Of a stretch of DNA of 44,165 nucleotides, positions 43,954 to 44,165 are shown piece after piece (the first letter of the stretch is position 1; each line of letters starts with the position of its first letter). A program made the position numbers and the translations under genes. Source of the stretch: a virus; UHGV virus genome UHGV-1352852; one strand, given 5' to 3'. The notes beneath the pieces were generated by a model. The model saw nothing but the letters and a program-made list of their open reading frames with translations, searched no databases and had not been told where the DNA came from.

Positions 43954-44165
43954 TTATCCGTCCACATTAAAATCAATACGGGTGATGTACTTGCTTCCCC
44001 ACGCAGAGTCTGCTTGAGGGATGGCGGCGTAACCGTCAACAGACGGAACGTTTACCACAGAGCCGTCTGAATATGTAATATCAATGCTTGTTGCACCGTT
44101 CATTACTACTTTTGCCGATGCCATAGGGCGTGCGGATGGTGATGCGTCGGTTACTATCGGCGATG
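43954..44165 (-). CDS. 3' portion of the minor tail gene that begins at ~1186 (wraps across the window boundary)
   Basis: Minus-strand frame is open from the window end to a TAA at ~43954-43956 and is in phase with the ORF that runs off position 1. Confidence 0.4.
   Translation of the reverse strand, partial: SPIVTDASPSARPMASAKVVMNGATSIDITYSDGSVVNVPSVDGYAAIPQADSAWGSKYITRIDFNVDG

Overview
The window reads as an essentially complete genome of a virulent, siphovirus-like enterobacterial dsDNA phage; the assignment to a T1/Jersey-like architecture is inference from gene order only. Minus-strand late genes cover packaging (small and large terminase), portal, an intein-containing head-morphogenesis protein, scaffold, major capsid, head-tail joining proteins, major tail protein, a G/GT-type chaperone pair, tape measure, tail-tip proteins and a tailspike. 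A minus-strand block of small early genes (20.0-26.6 kb) ends in holin/holin/endolysin, and a plus-strand replication block (27.0-38.5 kb) carries a primase-helicase, a RecB/Cas4-like nuclease, family A DNA polymerase, an HNH endonuclease, a VRR-NUC nuclease and an SNF2-like helicase. The window start falls inside a tail gene that continues in frame from the window end, so the record is probably circular or circularly permuted. The most unusual features are (1) an intein in the head-morphogenesis protein whose interior encodes, on the opposite strand, a promoter-equipped HTH + Vsr-like homing endonuclease, (2) a 173-aa beta-clamp (DnaN)-derived mini-protein, (3) a secreted protein / HTH-metallophosphoesterase cassette, and (4) a repeated TTGCRC-N17-TACTAT promoter with an embedded AATAG-N4-CTATT palindrome that drives these plus-strand inserts from within the late region. 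No tRNA, CRISPR array or integrase was seen. All calls are from reading the sequence and ORF translations without database searches; coordinates of features not in the ORF track may be off by 1-2 nt.
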